Below, one piece after another: positions 18,538 through 28,242 of a stretch of 64,000 nt of DNA (the first letter of the stretch is position 1; every line of letters starts with the position of its first letter). The notes under the pieces were generated by a model that saw only the letters and a program-made list of their open reading frames with translations, was not told where the DNA came from and searched no databases. A program made the position numbers and the translations under genes. The stretch covers positions 711-64,710 of the forward strand of contig CAYWPF010000147.1 of the NCBI GenBank assembly GCA_964460065.1, written 5' to 3'. This stretch comes from an uncultured Enterobacteriaceae bacterium. GTDB lineage: Bacteria > Desulfobacterota > Binatia > Bin18.

Positions 18538-18900
18538 ATGCGCCTTCGGCACCGGCTTTTCCGCGGGCGAAAAGATACGCTCGGCCGAGGGGCACCATGT
18601 CTAACATCACAAAAGCGCGACCCAGAGGTCGTGCGTCTGCCAATAGAAGAGCAAATAGACCTCCACACATTCAACCCGAAGGAAATTCCGGATGCAGTGG
18701 AAGACTATCTAACTGAGTGCTGGAAAGCCGGTTTGCTGGAGGTACGACTCATCCATGGAAAAGGCAAAGGGGTTCAACGCGAGCGGGTCAGAGAACGACT
18801 TACTGAATTATCATTCGTAACCAATTTTGCTGACGCACCCCCTGACGCCGGGGGTTGGGGCGCGACGATCGTAACCCTTTCGAAAGGAAACCAGTCTTGA
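18538..18900 (+). CDS. Stand-alone Smr (small MutS-related) domain protein
   Basis: The sequence IDLHTFNPKEIPDAVEDYLTECWKAGLLEVRLIHGKGKGVQRERVRERL fits the Smr domain (LH...IHGKG). The ORF is open from 18397. ATG 18538 is the first start after the upstream stop, and ATG 18511 is an alternative. Confidence 0.7.
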   Translation: MRLRHRLFRGRKDTLGRGAPCLTSQKRDPEVVRLPIEEQIDLHTFNPKEIPDAVEDYLTECWKAGLLEVRLIHGKGKGVQRERVRERLTELSFVTNFADAPPDAGGWGATIVTLSKGNQS

Positions 18901-19158
18901 CGGAAGGTTAGTAACCGCAATTACAAGAATCATGCTAGCAGGATATTCAAATGCCGGGGCCTATTCCCCCCCGGAGGCAAACTCCACCTAGGGAGTTATC
19001 TTTCGTATTGAGGAGGCGAATAAAAGCCTTACTCGAGTTCTTAACTCAAAAGTTTGGCGAATGCCGCTCGGGGCTGGAAATCACCCGCACCCCTTAGGAC
19101 ATTTAAAGTCGTTAGGCCCACCACTATCATATCGAGCCGCGCGGAAAAAAAATTAAGG

Positions 19159-19467
19159 CTATTTGCCAACCATTACATTCTCTTCTGTTGAGAGAAGGAC
19201 GATCTCTGCAGACCCGACCATCGCGCTATTTCTTGCCGCCTCTCCTTCGGGCGTGCGAAAAACGACGTCCATGTCCGCCTTTGTTTCGAACCACACCTCG
19301 GCTACCCCATCATAGCGTTGATCCCCGGTAATCGCCAAATTAATGCAATATCTTTTGAGGCCTGCCCACTTCTTCACTTTAGGGGCGTGTTCTTCCAGCC
19401 ACCACTTGCGAAAGTCAGGCATACTCATTCCATGCGGTCGTTTCAAAATGCCCATCACCTTGTACAT
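19159..19467 (-). CDS. EthD-family protein
   Basis: The sequence MYKVMGILKRPHGMSMPDFRKWWLEEHAPKV..YCINL matches the EthD fold. AGGAGG lies 5 nt upstream of ATG 19467. The longer ORF reaching 19530 has no such support. Confidence 0.7.
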   Translation of the reverse strand: MYKVMGILKRPHGMSMPDFRKWWLEEHAPKVKKWAGLKRYCINLAITGDQRYDGVAEVWFETKADMDVVFRTPEGEAARNSAMVGSAEIVLLSTEENVMVGK

Positions 19468-19846
19468 TCTACCTCCTCTGGAGACGCCCGCCTCTCTGCC
19501 GAAATCCTGCATAAAGACATAAGTCCGCACCAGATAGCAATCCAGATTGTATCGCTGAACCCGACGTTGAGTTTACCAGCTCACCAGACTACAAAATACA
19601 CCTATGTCCACCGGTCGACCTTGCAATCTTTAGCACCACAATCGGTCAGGCCGCCCTTGAGATTTCTCGATCTTCATCATTTTTCGCGGGAAGTTTTTTT
19701 ACGTTCCTGTCTTTTACAGACCTCATCATATTTTCACAATTTTCTTGATCGAAAACACGGGGATAGCTAGTAGAGGGATCTCTTTCTTTCGATGCCTATT
19801 TGAGTTACGGGTATACGCTCAGCGTCAACGAGGATGGAGGATTGAA

Positions 19847-21097
19847 ATGAAAAATGGCCCGACTTCACTTTTACCGGAACAATTTGGATCATTGCAGGGT
19901 GTGCGAATAATATCCACAGGCACCCTCGTAGCCCAACCGTTTGCCGCTGCTCTCGCCGCAGAGATGGGCGCGGAAGTCATACAAATCGAGCGGACAGGCG
20001 AAGGCGATGCCGCGTGGCGGCACCTAGGTATGCAATTGCCCAAAAAAAACGGAGAGGGTCAAGCTGCTACCACGTGGATCCAGGAACGCCGCAACGAATG
20101 GCACACTACGCTCGACTTCAGCAAACCGGAAGGAAAAGAATTATTCCTAAAACTCGTAAAGTCTTGTGATATTTGGATGGAAAGTTCGAAGCCGGGCTCA
20201 TACACGAAGTGGGGCCTGACCGATGAAGTAGTGTTGCAGGCGAACCCAAAACTCGTGATCGCCCATGTGTCCGGTTACGGACAGTCCGGACACCCAGATT
20301 ATTTGGGCCGAGCTTCATACGACATGATAGGTCAGGCCTTCGGTGGCCTTATGTACCAGACCGGATTTCCAGATCCCGATCCCCCCGTCCGGGCAAACCC
20401 TTGGACGGCGGATTACATCACGGCATTATTTTGCCTTTGGTCGTCCCTAGCCGGCTACATTTCCGCGCAAAGAACGGGAAAGGGCCAGGTCGTCGACATC
20501 TCCCAGTTTGAAGCAATTCACCGGCTGCTTTCCGGAACAATGATTGAATACTTCAGTAGTGGATTCGTTCGCGAGCGAACCGGAAACAAAGCCACCGCCT
20601 TTCAGCCTTACGATGCGTTCCAAGCAAGCGACGGCTGGGTGGTTGTCGGTGCTGTTGGCCTTGCGGTTTTTTCAAGAGTGTGCCGCGTAATAGGCTTGGA
20701 CCCTGAAGAAGAGAAATGGCAAAAGGCCAGCACAGATATAAACGCGATAGAAGGGATAGAATTCGACGCGCTATTGCGGGGGTGGATTTCCGAACGCACC
20801 GTAGACGAAGCCGTTGAGCAGTTGAACGCAGGACAAGTCGCTTGCTGCCCCATCATGAACAGCAAAGACATGGCGGAAGACCCGCATTATGAAGCCCGGG
20901 AGGTCCATGTAGAGTGGGACGACGACCAAGTCGGCACCGTCAAAGGAACAGGCGTTAGTCCTCGATTCTCTCAGACACCAGGAAAAATTTGGCGCGGATC
21001 GGTCGCTGTCGGCCACGACAACGACAAAATTTATTCTCACTTCGCTGGTCTCGGACCCGATGAGATCGCGGATCTGAAGAACAAAGGAGTAATATAA
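19847..21097 (+). CDS. Family III CoA-transferase (CaiB/BaiF type)
   Basis: The motif GVRIISTGTLVAQPFAAALAAEMGAEVIQIE and the overall length fit the family. GGAGG lies 6 nt before ATG 19847. Confidence 0.85.
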   Translation: MKNGPTSLLPEQFGSLQGVRIISTGTLVAQPFAAALAAEMGAEVIQIERTGEGDAAWRHLGMQLPKKNGEGQAATTWIQERRNEWHTTLDFSKPEGKELFLKLVKSCDIWMESSKPGSYTKWGLTDEVVLQANPKLVIAHVSGYGQSGHPDYLGRASYDMIGQAFGGLMYQTGFPDPDPPVRANPWTADYITALFCLWSSLAGYISAQRTGKGQVVDISQFEAIHRLLSGTMIEYFSSGFVRERTGNKATAFQPYDAFQASDGWVVVGAVGLAVFSRVCRVIGLDPEEEKWQKASTDINAIEGIEFDALLRGWISERTVDEAVEQLNAGQVACCPIMNSKDMAEDPHYEAREVHVEWDDDQVGTVKGTGVSPRFSQTPGKIWRGSVAVGHDNDKIYSHFAGLGPDEIADLKNKGVI

Positions 21098-21365
21098 GCG
21101 AGCGCGGAGTATACTGACCACACCGCCTGCTAATAGGTGTGATAACGTTGCGAACTGAATGCCTACATCACGGGTGCATCGTGCCTGTTCCTGGACGGTC
21201 TTATGGCTTAATTTCGAGCCTTTGATTTATTTAGCGGTACGCCGCCTAAGCGGTATTCCGCTTCCAGACCGCAGACAACGCTTATCTTCCTAGTCGTTGA
21301 CGGTCGGCCCTATTTAGGACTATGAAGACTGGGCTTCCAGTCAAACGGAAAAAGGGGGAACACTA

Positions 21366-22352
21366 ATGGCCGACACGAATTTGAGTAACGAAACTCTTCT
21401 CGGGATGTACCGGACGATGCAGACTATTCGTCAGTTCGAATCCCGCGTGCGAGATATATTTCAGGAGGGTAAGATTCCTGGCTTTGTACACGTTTCGATA
21501 GGCGAAGAAGCATCTGCGACAGGTGCCGCGTTCGCCCTGACCAACGATGACTACATTACCAGTACTCACAGGGGACACGGACACCTCATAGCGAAAGGCG
21601 GCGAGGTAAGACCCATGATGGCGGAATTGTTCGGGAAGAAGACTGGCTACTGTAAAGGCAAAGGTGGGTCTATGCACATAGCCAATTTCAAGCTTGGAAT
21701 ACTTGGAGCAAACGGTATTGTCGGCGCCGGGCTACCAATTGCTACCGGTGCCGGCCTAGCGGCTAAGGTACGCGGCAGCGGCGAGGTTGCGGCGTGCTTC
21801 TTCGGCGATGGGGCCTCAAACGAAGGTACTTTCCACGAATCACTTAACATCGCCGCCTCGTGGAAACTCCCAGTGGTCTATGTGTGCGAGAACAATCTGT
21901 ACGGCGAGTTCACCGCCGGTAAAGACGTCACTTCGGTCAAAGATATAGCCGATCGGGCACGCGGGCACGACATGCCCGGTATTATAGTGAATGGTAACAA
22001 CGTTGTTGAGGTCTACGAAGCCACAGTAGAAGCTGTTGAACGAGCAAGAAAAGGTGCAGGCCCTACTCTCATCGAGTGCAAAACTTACCGTTGGGAGGGC
22101 CACGTTGTCGGAGAAGAGGCTTTCCTCGGAAAGCGAAGTTACCGACCACCAGAAGAGGTTGAAGCTTGGAAAAAGAGATGCCCTATCATCCACTTTGAGC
22201 GGACATTTGTTCCAGCTTTATTCTCACAAGAACAACTGGATACCGTTAAGGACGAGGTGAGTAAGTCAATAGACGATGCAGTGCAATTTGCTCAGGACAG
22301 TCCATATCCCGAGCCTGAAGAGGCTCTGCAGGATATGTTTTCGGTGGCCTAA
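21366..22352 (+). CDS. 2-oxoacid (pyruvate/acetoin/branched-chain) dehydrogenase E1 component, alpha subunit
   Basis: It has the TPP-binding motif GDGASNEGTFHESLNIAASWKLPVVYVCENN. Confidence 0.9.
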   Translation: MADTNLSNETLLGMYRTMQTIRQFESRVRDIFQEGKIPGFVHVSIGEEASATGAAFALTNDDYITSTHRGHGHLIAKGGEVRPMMAELFGKKTGYCKGKGGSMHIANFKLGILGANGIVGAGLPIATGAGLAAKVRGSGEVAACFFGDGASNEGTFHESLNIAASWKLPVVYVCENNLYGEFTAGKDVTSVKDIADRARGHDMPGIIVNGNNVVEVYEATVEAVERARKGAGPTLIECKTYRWEGHVVGEEAFLGKRSYRPPEEVEAWKKRCPIIHFERTFVPALFSQEQLDTVKDEVSKSIDDAVQFAQDSPYPEPEEALQDMFSVA

Positions 22353-22366
22353 GGGGAGAAAACGTA

Positions 22367-23335
22367 ATGCGCGAAATAAATTTCATTCAAGCTATTAATG
22401 AAGGCCTAGCAGAGGAATTGCGCCTAGATCCAAAAACATTTCTCATGGGACTGGATGTGTGGGTTGGGGCCTTCGGTGCTACTAGTGGCCTAACAGACGA
22501 ATTCGGTTCGGAGAGGGTTTTAAACGCACCTATTTCGGAGGCTGGCTATGCCGGCGCGGGCGTAGGGGCCGCAATGGCGGGAATGCGTCCCATTGTAGAA
22601 ATAGAATTCGCGAGTTTTTTTTACTGCTGTTGGGACCAAGTCTGTAATCAAGCTGCAAAACTTCGATATATGTCGGGCGGCCAAGCCGACATCCCTATTA
22701 CTTTCCGCGCGGTGTGCGGAGCGGTGGGATCGGCCGCCGCTCAACATTCGGAGACAGTTTACTCACAGTTCATGAGCGTCCCAGGACTCAAAATAGTGGT
22801 GCCCTCGGGACCTCGCGACATGAAAGGCCTGCTCAAAAGTGCGATTCGAGATAACAATCCCGTCTTGGTCTTCGAGCATCTCAAACTGGGACGGAGCAAG
22901 GAAGATATCCCGGAGGACGATTACCTCGTGCCCATCGGAGAAGCTGCTATCAAACGCGAGGGTTCGGACATCACGATAGTTGCAGTCGGGTACATGGTTA
23001 CGGAAGCACTAAAAGCTGCGGACGCGCTCAGTAAAGATGGTATTTCCGCGGAAGTGATAGACCCACGTACACTGATCCCCCTTGACGAGGAAACTATTCT
23101 CTCCTCGGTCGCCAAAACGCATAACGTTTTGGTTGTAGATGAGGGTCATCTGCGATGCGGTGCGGCAGCCGAAATATCCGCTGTGATCGCCGACAAAGGG
23201 TTTGATTCTCTCGATTCTCCCGTAAAGCGACTGGCGGCCCCGGACGTACCTGTGCCCTTTAGTCCTCCGCTCGAGAAATTTGTCCTACCCAATGGCAAAA
23301 AAATAACCTCGGCAGTGAAAGAAATGCTTCCTTAA
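22367..23335 (+). CDS. 2-oxoacid dehydrogenase E1 component, beta subunit
   Basis: It has a transketolase-like pyrimidine-binding domain (NAPISEAGYAGAGVGAAMAGMRPIVEIEF) and a matching C-terminal domain. Confidence 0.9.
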   Translation: MREINFIQAINEGLAEELRLDPKTFLMGLDVWVGAFGATSGLTDEFGSERVLNAPISEAGYAGAGVGAAMAGMRPIVEIEFASFFYCCWDQVCNQAAKLRYMSGGQADIPITFRAVCGAVGSAAAQHSETVYSQFMSVPGLKIVVPSGPRDMKGLLKSAIRDNNPVLVFEHLKLGRSKEDIPEDDYLVPIGEAAIKREGSDITIVAVGYMVTEALKAADALSKDGISAEVIDPRTLIPLDEETILSSVAKTHNVLVVDEGHLRCGAAAEISAVIADKGFDSLDSPVKRLAAPDVPVPFSPPLEKFVLPNGKKITSAVKEMLP

Positions 23336-23386
23336 TTTTGTGGTCGACGCCCTCGAGACAATATCGAGCAGAGAAAGGATACTCCG

Positions 23387-24595
23387 GTGCCAATAGAAGT
23401 CGTAATGCCAAAGTTCGGATTAACCATGACCGAAGGCACGATACAGCAGTGGTTCAAGAGTGAAGGCGCAGCCGTAAAAGCGGGCGAACCTCTTTTCGAA
23501 GTCGAAACGGAGAAAGTGTTGTATGAAGTGGAGGCTCCCTCAGACGGCACAGTTGCCCGGTTGCTTTACGCCGCAGAATCCGTCGTCGGAGTCGGGCTTC
23601 CGGTCGCAATTATAGCTGAGTCGGGAGAAGACGTCACGGAAATAGCCGGACGCTACGTCCAAGACACTCCGGCCTCCGGCGCATCAATTGCCGCTCCGGA
23701 TCCCGTAGAGCAGCCGGACAATGTAAAAACAACCTCTCCGGCACAAAACCAGGGCCGCGTCCCAATTACTCCGGCTGCTCGGAAACTTGCCAAAACACAA
23801 GGTATCGACCTTTCCCAAATTACCGGTACCGGCCCGCGTGGCCGTATAACCCGCGAAGATGTCCAAAAAATCATAGATTCTGGTGGAACAACTAATTCTC
23901 AGGACCTGGGCGATTCATCAAGCAAAACGCAAGTCACCGAATTCAAAGGTATGCGTAAAGTAATCGCGGAGCGGATGCACAGAAGCCTACAAACTACAGC
24001 CCAGCTTACAATCTCTACCGAAGTCGACGTTTCAGAATTAGTCGCCCGGCGCAGAGAGGTGAAAGAACAGATCGCAGTCACCTACACTGATTTTATAATT
24101 CAGGCGTGCGCCCACGCGCTAAAAACACACGCCCGAATGAACGCCTCGCTAGAAGGAAAGGCGATCCAACAACACTCGGACATCAACGTAGGTCTGGCGG
24201 TGGCATTGGAGGAAGGACTCATCGTTCCGGTCCTGAGGAACGTAGACCAAAAGCCGCTTAAAACCCTTGCAGAAGAAGCGAAGATCCTAGCGGACAAAGC
24301 GAGAAACAACCAACTTAAACTCGAGGAAGTCTCTGGTGGCACATTCACGGTCTCGAATCTGGGAATGTACGGGATAGACGCCTTCACGCCCATCCTAAAT
24401 GCTCCGCAAACTGGAATACTCGGCGTTGGTCGTATTGTAAGAAAGCCGGCAGTTTACAAAGACGTAATAACTCCACGGTCGATGATGGTGTTAAGTCTGA
24501 CTTTTGATCATCGTGTGATTGACGGTGCCCCGGCGGGCGCTTTTCTTGAGACCGTGGGTGAGACGCTTGCGCAAGGAAATAGGGTTTCGCTCTGA
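23387..24595 (+). CDS. 2-oxoacid dehydrogenase E2 (dihydrolipoamide acyltransferase)
   Basis: It has a lipoyl domain with EVETEKVLYEVEAPSDG (lipoyl-Lys about nt 23513), a PSBD segment (PAARKLAKTQGIDLSQITGTGPRGRITREDV), and the catalytic motif DHRVIDG. The GTG start has an AAAGGA SD site. Confidence 0.9.
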   Translation: MPIEVVMPKFGLTMTEGTIQQWFKSEGAAVKAGEPLFEVETEKVLYEVEAPSDGTVARLLYAAESVVGVGLPVAIIAESGEDVTEIAGRYVQDTPASGASIAAPDPVEQPDNVKTTSPAQNQGRVPITPAARKLAKTQGIDLSQITGTGPRGRITREDVQKIIDSGGTTNSQDLGDSSSKTQVTEFKGMRKVIAERMHRSLQTTAQLTISTEVDVSELVARRREVKEQIAVTYTDFIIQACAHALKTHARMNASLEGKAIQQHSDINVGLAVALEEGLIVPVLRNVDQKPLKTLAEEAKILADKARNNQLKLEEVSGGTFTVSNLGMYGIDAFTPILNAPQTGILGVGRIVRKPAVYKDVITPRSMMVLSLTFDHRVIDGAPAGAFLETVGETLAQGNRVSL

Positions 24596-24771
24596 CCGAC
24601 CAACAGGGTCGCGTGAATCAACGTGATCAGTGCACGCACCGCCGCACTAATCCCTATTATCTGGCGCGAGCTTTCGTAAACGCATAATTCGAGGCGTGAC
24701 CTGGAAAACGAACAAGACCGTCGCACAAACTAATAAACTTGAGCGCCTGGTACGTCCGGAAACCCATAAGG

Positions 24772-25161
24772 CTACGCCTGCTCCGCAAGGACATGAGCCT
24801 CTGCTAAATGCGATGTATGGGTGAGTGCGAGATGAAGCCTGCTTATTCCCTTGGTGGCAGCAAATTCTCTTGCCTTACCGTGTAGGACTAATTGAGGACG
24901 TGCGCCCGGCTTTCGGGTCACCTCGACGTCTTTCCAACCGACGTACCGGCCCCACCCACTGCCTAACGCCTTCATGGTAGCCTCTTTCGCAGCGAATCTG
25001 GCCGCATAGCTCTGGTACTTTGCTTTTCCCCGCCGTTCACAGTACCGCCGCTCATCCTCCGTAAAAACGCGATTTCGAAACTTTTTCCCCGTTTTCGGAC
25101 GCTTTAACGCCGCCTCTATCCTGTCAACCTCTGCGAGGTCATTCCCCAGGCCAAAGATCAT
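24772..25161 (-). CDS. acpS: Holo-[acyl-carrier-protein] synthase
   Basis: The N-terminus is MIFGLGNDLAEVDRIE, and FAAKEATMKALG is also present. Start 25161 is preferred over 25182. Confidence 0.85.
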   Translation of the reverse strand: MIFGLGNDLAEVDRIEAALKRPKTGKKFRNRVFTEDERRYCERRGKAKYQSYAARFAAKEATMKALGSGWGRYVGWKDVEVTRKPGARPQLVLHGKAREFAATKGISRLHLALTHTSHLAEAHVLAEQA

Positions 25162-25168
25162 GCTTGTC

Positions 25169-26935
25169 CTAACACGCGGCACAATTGTGGCACGTGGTTA
25201 CATCACAGGGTTGGGTCTCTCGCTCGAGACGGGCTTTCCGCCACTCTACCCAAAGGTAGTTCTTGTCAACCCCGTGATCCACAAAATCCCAGGGTAACAA
25301 CTCGTCAGACTCATACCGTCGGTGCACGTAAAAATCCGAACCAGTCACGCTACCCTCCTGTTGCGTTCGGCCCCGCCACTGCTGAACGGTTTTCCACCAG
25401 TCTCCACCTTGCTGATGAACATCGGCCAAAAATTGACCGACGCGACGGTCACCTCGAGACAGAAGAGTTTGCAGATACGCCTCCCGCGGAGACTCAGTGT
25501 CGACTGTCATTCCAGAAAGGGGCGCCAACATCTTCTTCAAGCGGACCATTTTCTTCCGAAGCGAGCTAAGATCTTCCATCGGTTCCCACTGGAATGGCGT
25601 CCATGGCTTCGGCACGAATGCGTTCACTGACAAGGTAATACCGCCAACTTTCGGCCGCTTTCCCCAGAACCTGTCGTGTATTTTCTTTGTTAGTGTGACG
25701 ATAGCGTCAACATCTTGAATCGTCTCAGTCGGGAGCCCCACCATAAAGTAGAGCTTTAACGACCCTACCCCGGCCCCTACGAGAAGGTCAGCTGCGCGCA
25801 AAATCTCTGGTTCCGTAAGATTTTTGTTTATAACCCGCCTCATCCGTTCCGAGCCAGCCTCCGGCGCCACAGTCACCGAATTATTATTGTTGCGACCGAG
25901 CGCCTCAGCCAAACCTTTTGTTATTACATCCGCTTTAAGCGAAGAGGGGGAAGCCCTACCACCTGCCTGTCCAATAAAATCGCAAAGAGCCGCAACTCCC
26001 GGCTGACTGGCCATTTCCGCACCCACTAAGCCTATCGTACTTCGCTCACGCAGCCCTTTCTCAACCTGCTGCATTATCGAGTCGGCGCTCCGATACCGGA
26101 CGGGTCTGTACATAAACCCGGCAGCACAAAACCGACACCCCCACTCACATCCCCTGCTAGCCTCGACGAGGTACATGTCTCCAAAGACCGTATCCGCCGA
26201 AAGCATTTCCGATCCCGTTGTGTACGCATCCAAATTATTTACGAGCCGCCTTGTTACTGTTGGGTTCGAACATCCCATCGAATCAGCATCCGTACTGGAG
26301 AGACTAACAAGCTGGCCTGATGGGCCGTATTCCGGGGTAGATAATGCCGGAACATAAGCACCGCCTACACGTCGTAAGCCCTTCAACCGTTCCAAACGAG
26401 TCGGCCCGTCCCGATCTAGCGTGGCGTAACGGTCAAGGAACTCAGGGATCATCTCTTCCCCTTCTCCGATAAGGAATAAATCCACGAAATCCGCGAGCGG
26501 CTCCGGGTTGAGAAATGTAGCCGGACCGCCAGCCATCACCAATGGATGATGCGGCCCACGTTCTATCGACTTCAGTGGGATTTTGGCATCACCCAAGATA
26601 TCAAGAACATTAAGATAGTCAGTCTCAAAAGAGATGGAAAAAGCCAAAAGCTCAAAATCACCCAGGGGCCGTTCGCTTTCGAAAGAAAGGAGCGGGCTAC
26701 CCGAGCGCTTCAGTGCGGAAGCATCTTCGGCGTCGGGGAGAAAGGCGCGGTCGCACCGACAGAGAACGTTTTGACTGAAAATCTTATACGCCGCCTGAAA
26801 ACCTAAGTTGGACATACCTACGGCGTAAGTGTTCGGATATATCAGGCACACTGACATATCTCCGTCCACGCCGGGCGCAAACAGTCGCTTTTCCCTAGCC
26901 CGTCTTTTACGGGCTCGTTCGGTTCTTTGCCACAC
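25169..26935 (-). CDS. B12-binding-domain radical SAM protein (TIGR03960-like, uncharacterized)
   Basis: It has an N-terminal B12-like domain and the motif EASRGCEWGCRFCAAG (CxxxCxxC). The GTG start has a GGAGAGG SD site. Confidence 0.75.
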   Translation of the reverse strand: MWQRTERARKRRAREKRLFAPGVDGDMSVCLIYPNTYAVGMSNLGFQAAYKIFSQNVLCRCDRAFLPDAEDASALKRSGSPLLSFESERPLGDFELLAFSISFETDYLNVLDILGDAKIPLKSIERGPHHPLVMAGGPATFLNPEPLADFVDLFLIGEGEEMIPEFLDRYATLDRDGPTRLERLKGLRRVGGAYVPALSTPEYGPSGQLVSLSSTDADSMGCSNPTVTRRLVNNLDAYTTGSEMLSADTVFGDMYLVEASRGCEWGCRFCAAGFMYRPVRYRSADSIMQQVEKGLRERSTIGLVGAEMASQPGVAALCDFIGQAGGRASPSSLKADVITKGLAEALGRNNNNSVTVAPEAGSERMRRVINKNLTEPEILRAADLLVGAGVGSLKLYFMVGLPTETIQDVDAIVTLTKKIHDRFWGKRPKVGGITLSVNAFVPKPWTPFQWEPMEDLSSLRKKMVRLKKMLAPLSGMTVDTESPREAYLQTLLSRGDRRVGQFLADVHQQGGDWWKTVQQWRGRTQQEGSVTGSDFYVHRRYESDELLPWDFVDHGVDKNYLWVEWRKARLERETQPCDVTTCHNCAAC

Positions 26936-26968
26936 GCGAGAGCCTCTCCAAATATCCGAGGAATAAAC

Positions 26969-26989
26969 CAGTGAGACTCCGGCTCACCG
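26969..26989 (-). terminator. Possible intrinsic terminator or attenuator after ftsZ
   Basis: The minus-strand RNA CGGUGAG-CCGGAGU-CUCACUG forms a 7-bp stem including one G-U pair. It is followed by GUUUAUUCC. Confidence 0.3.
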
Positions 26990-27002
26990 CTTGAGATACC
27001 TT

Positions 27003-28190
27003 TTAATTTGCCTGCTTTCGGAGGAAAGCGGGTATTCCTTCACCGGTATCATCACCCTTATCCAAGCCGACGGCTTCCCCTGCATCAGTCCCGCTAGTTG
27101 CCTTGCGTCGCCGGGCATAAGCAGGTTGCTCCAACGTTTCTGCATCAAAATTCCTGTACGGTGTAGCATTTCTCATTTTCGCCCGCCCACCTGGAACTGC
27201 ACTCAGGACAGGTGGTTTCGCTTCGGCAGTTTCTTCTTCGCCAAAACCGGTCGCAATCACCGTAATTAAAAGCTCTTCGTCCAACGTCTCATCAATAACA
27301 GCGCCGAAGATTATGTTAGCGTCTTCGTCCGCCTCTTCCTGTACGAGCGACGCGGCCTCATTTACTTCGTGCAAAGTCAGACTATGACCGCCGGTCACAT
27401 TGATTAGTACTCCTTTGGCACCGCGAATAGATATATCTTCTAGGAGGGGACTTGCGATTGCCCGTCTCGCGGCCTCCTCCGCTCTACTTTCACCAGTCGC
27501 CGAAGCTGCCCCCATGATAGCCATACCCATTTCGGACATGATTGTTCGGACATCTGCAAAGTCCAAGTTAATCAGTCCACTCACCGTTATCAAATCCGAA
27601 ATGCCCCGCACAGCCTGTAGTAATACTTCATCAGCTTTGTGAAAGGCCTCCAACAGAGGCTGACTTCGGCTCGCAACAGCTAATAATCTTTGATTGGGGA
27701 TACATATCAAAGTGTCCACGTTTTCTTTCAATTCACGGATTCCCTCATCCGCGTGTCGCATGCGCCGCTTTCCCTCAAACAAAAAAGGCTTCGTCACAAC
27801 CCCGACCGTGAGCGCCGCAGTTTCCTTTGCAATGCGCGCCACAATAGGAGCACCCCCCGTTCCCGTGCCTCCTCCCATTCCTGCCGTTATAAAAACCATA
27901 TCCGCCCCCACAAGGTGGTCACGGATTTCCTCTTCCGTTTCCAACGTGGCATTTTTTCCAACTTCAGGGTTAGCACCTGCTCCCAGACCTTTCGTAAGCT
28001 CGCTACCGAGCTGCACTTTGGTCGGGGCCAAATTGACTCTCAGTGCCTGTGCGTCCGTGTTAGCCACTATAAAATCTACGCCCGTCAATCCCCCGCTGAT
28101 CATCGTATTTATGGCGTTTCCACCTGCACCACCAACTCCCACAATACGGATCTGGGCCCCACTGCCTCCATTTTCCACAAACTCAATCAT
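27003..28190 (-). CDS. ftsZ: Cell division protein FtsZ
   Basis: It has GVGGAGGNAIN, the tubulin signature GGGTGTGGAP and the C-terminal peptide IPAFLRKQ. Confidence 0.98.
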   Translation of the reverse strand: MIEFVENGGSGAQIRIVGVGGAGGNAINTMISGGLTGVDFIVANTDAQALRVNLAPTKVQLGSELTKGLGAGANPEVGKNATLETEEEIRDHLVGADMVFITAGMGGGTGTGGAPIVARIAKETAALTVGVVTKPFLFEGKRRMRHADEGIRELKENVDTLICIPNQRLLAVASRSQPLLEAFHKADEVLLQAVRGISDLITVSGLINLDFADVRTIMSEMGMAIMGAASATGESRAEEAARRAIASPLLEDISIRGAKGVLINVTGGHSLTLHEVNEAASLVQEEADEDANIIFGAVIDETLDEELLITVIATGFGEEETAEAKPPVLSAVPGGRAKMRNATPYRNFDAETLEQPAYARRRKATSGTDAGEAVGLDKGDDTGEGIPAFLRKQAN

Positions 28191-28242
28191 CGTCCACCTC
28201 CTTCAGCGTTATTCAGACTTTGCCTTGATCAGCGGTCAAAGG

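Noticed and set aside
21098-21365. A possible sigma54 promoter (TGGCTTAATTTCGAGC) upstream of the E1alpha gene, as seen in acetoin operons.
   Set aside because: The -12 element does not match TTGC. No AcoR-type activator gene or upstream activating sequence repeats are visible.
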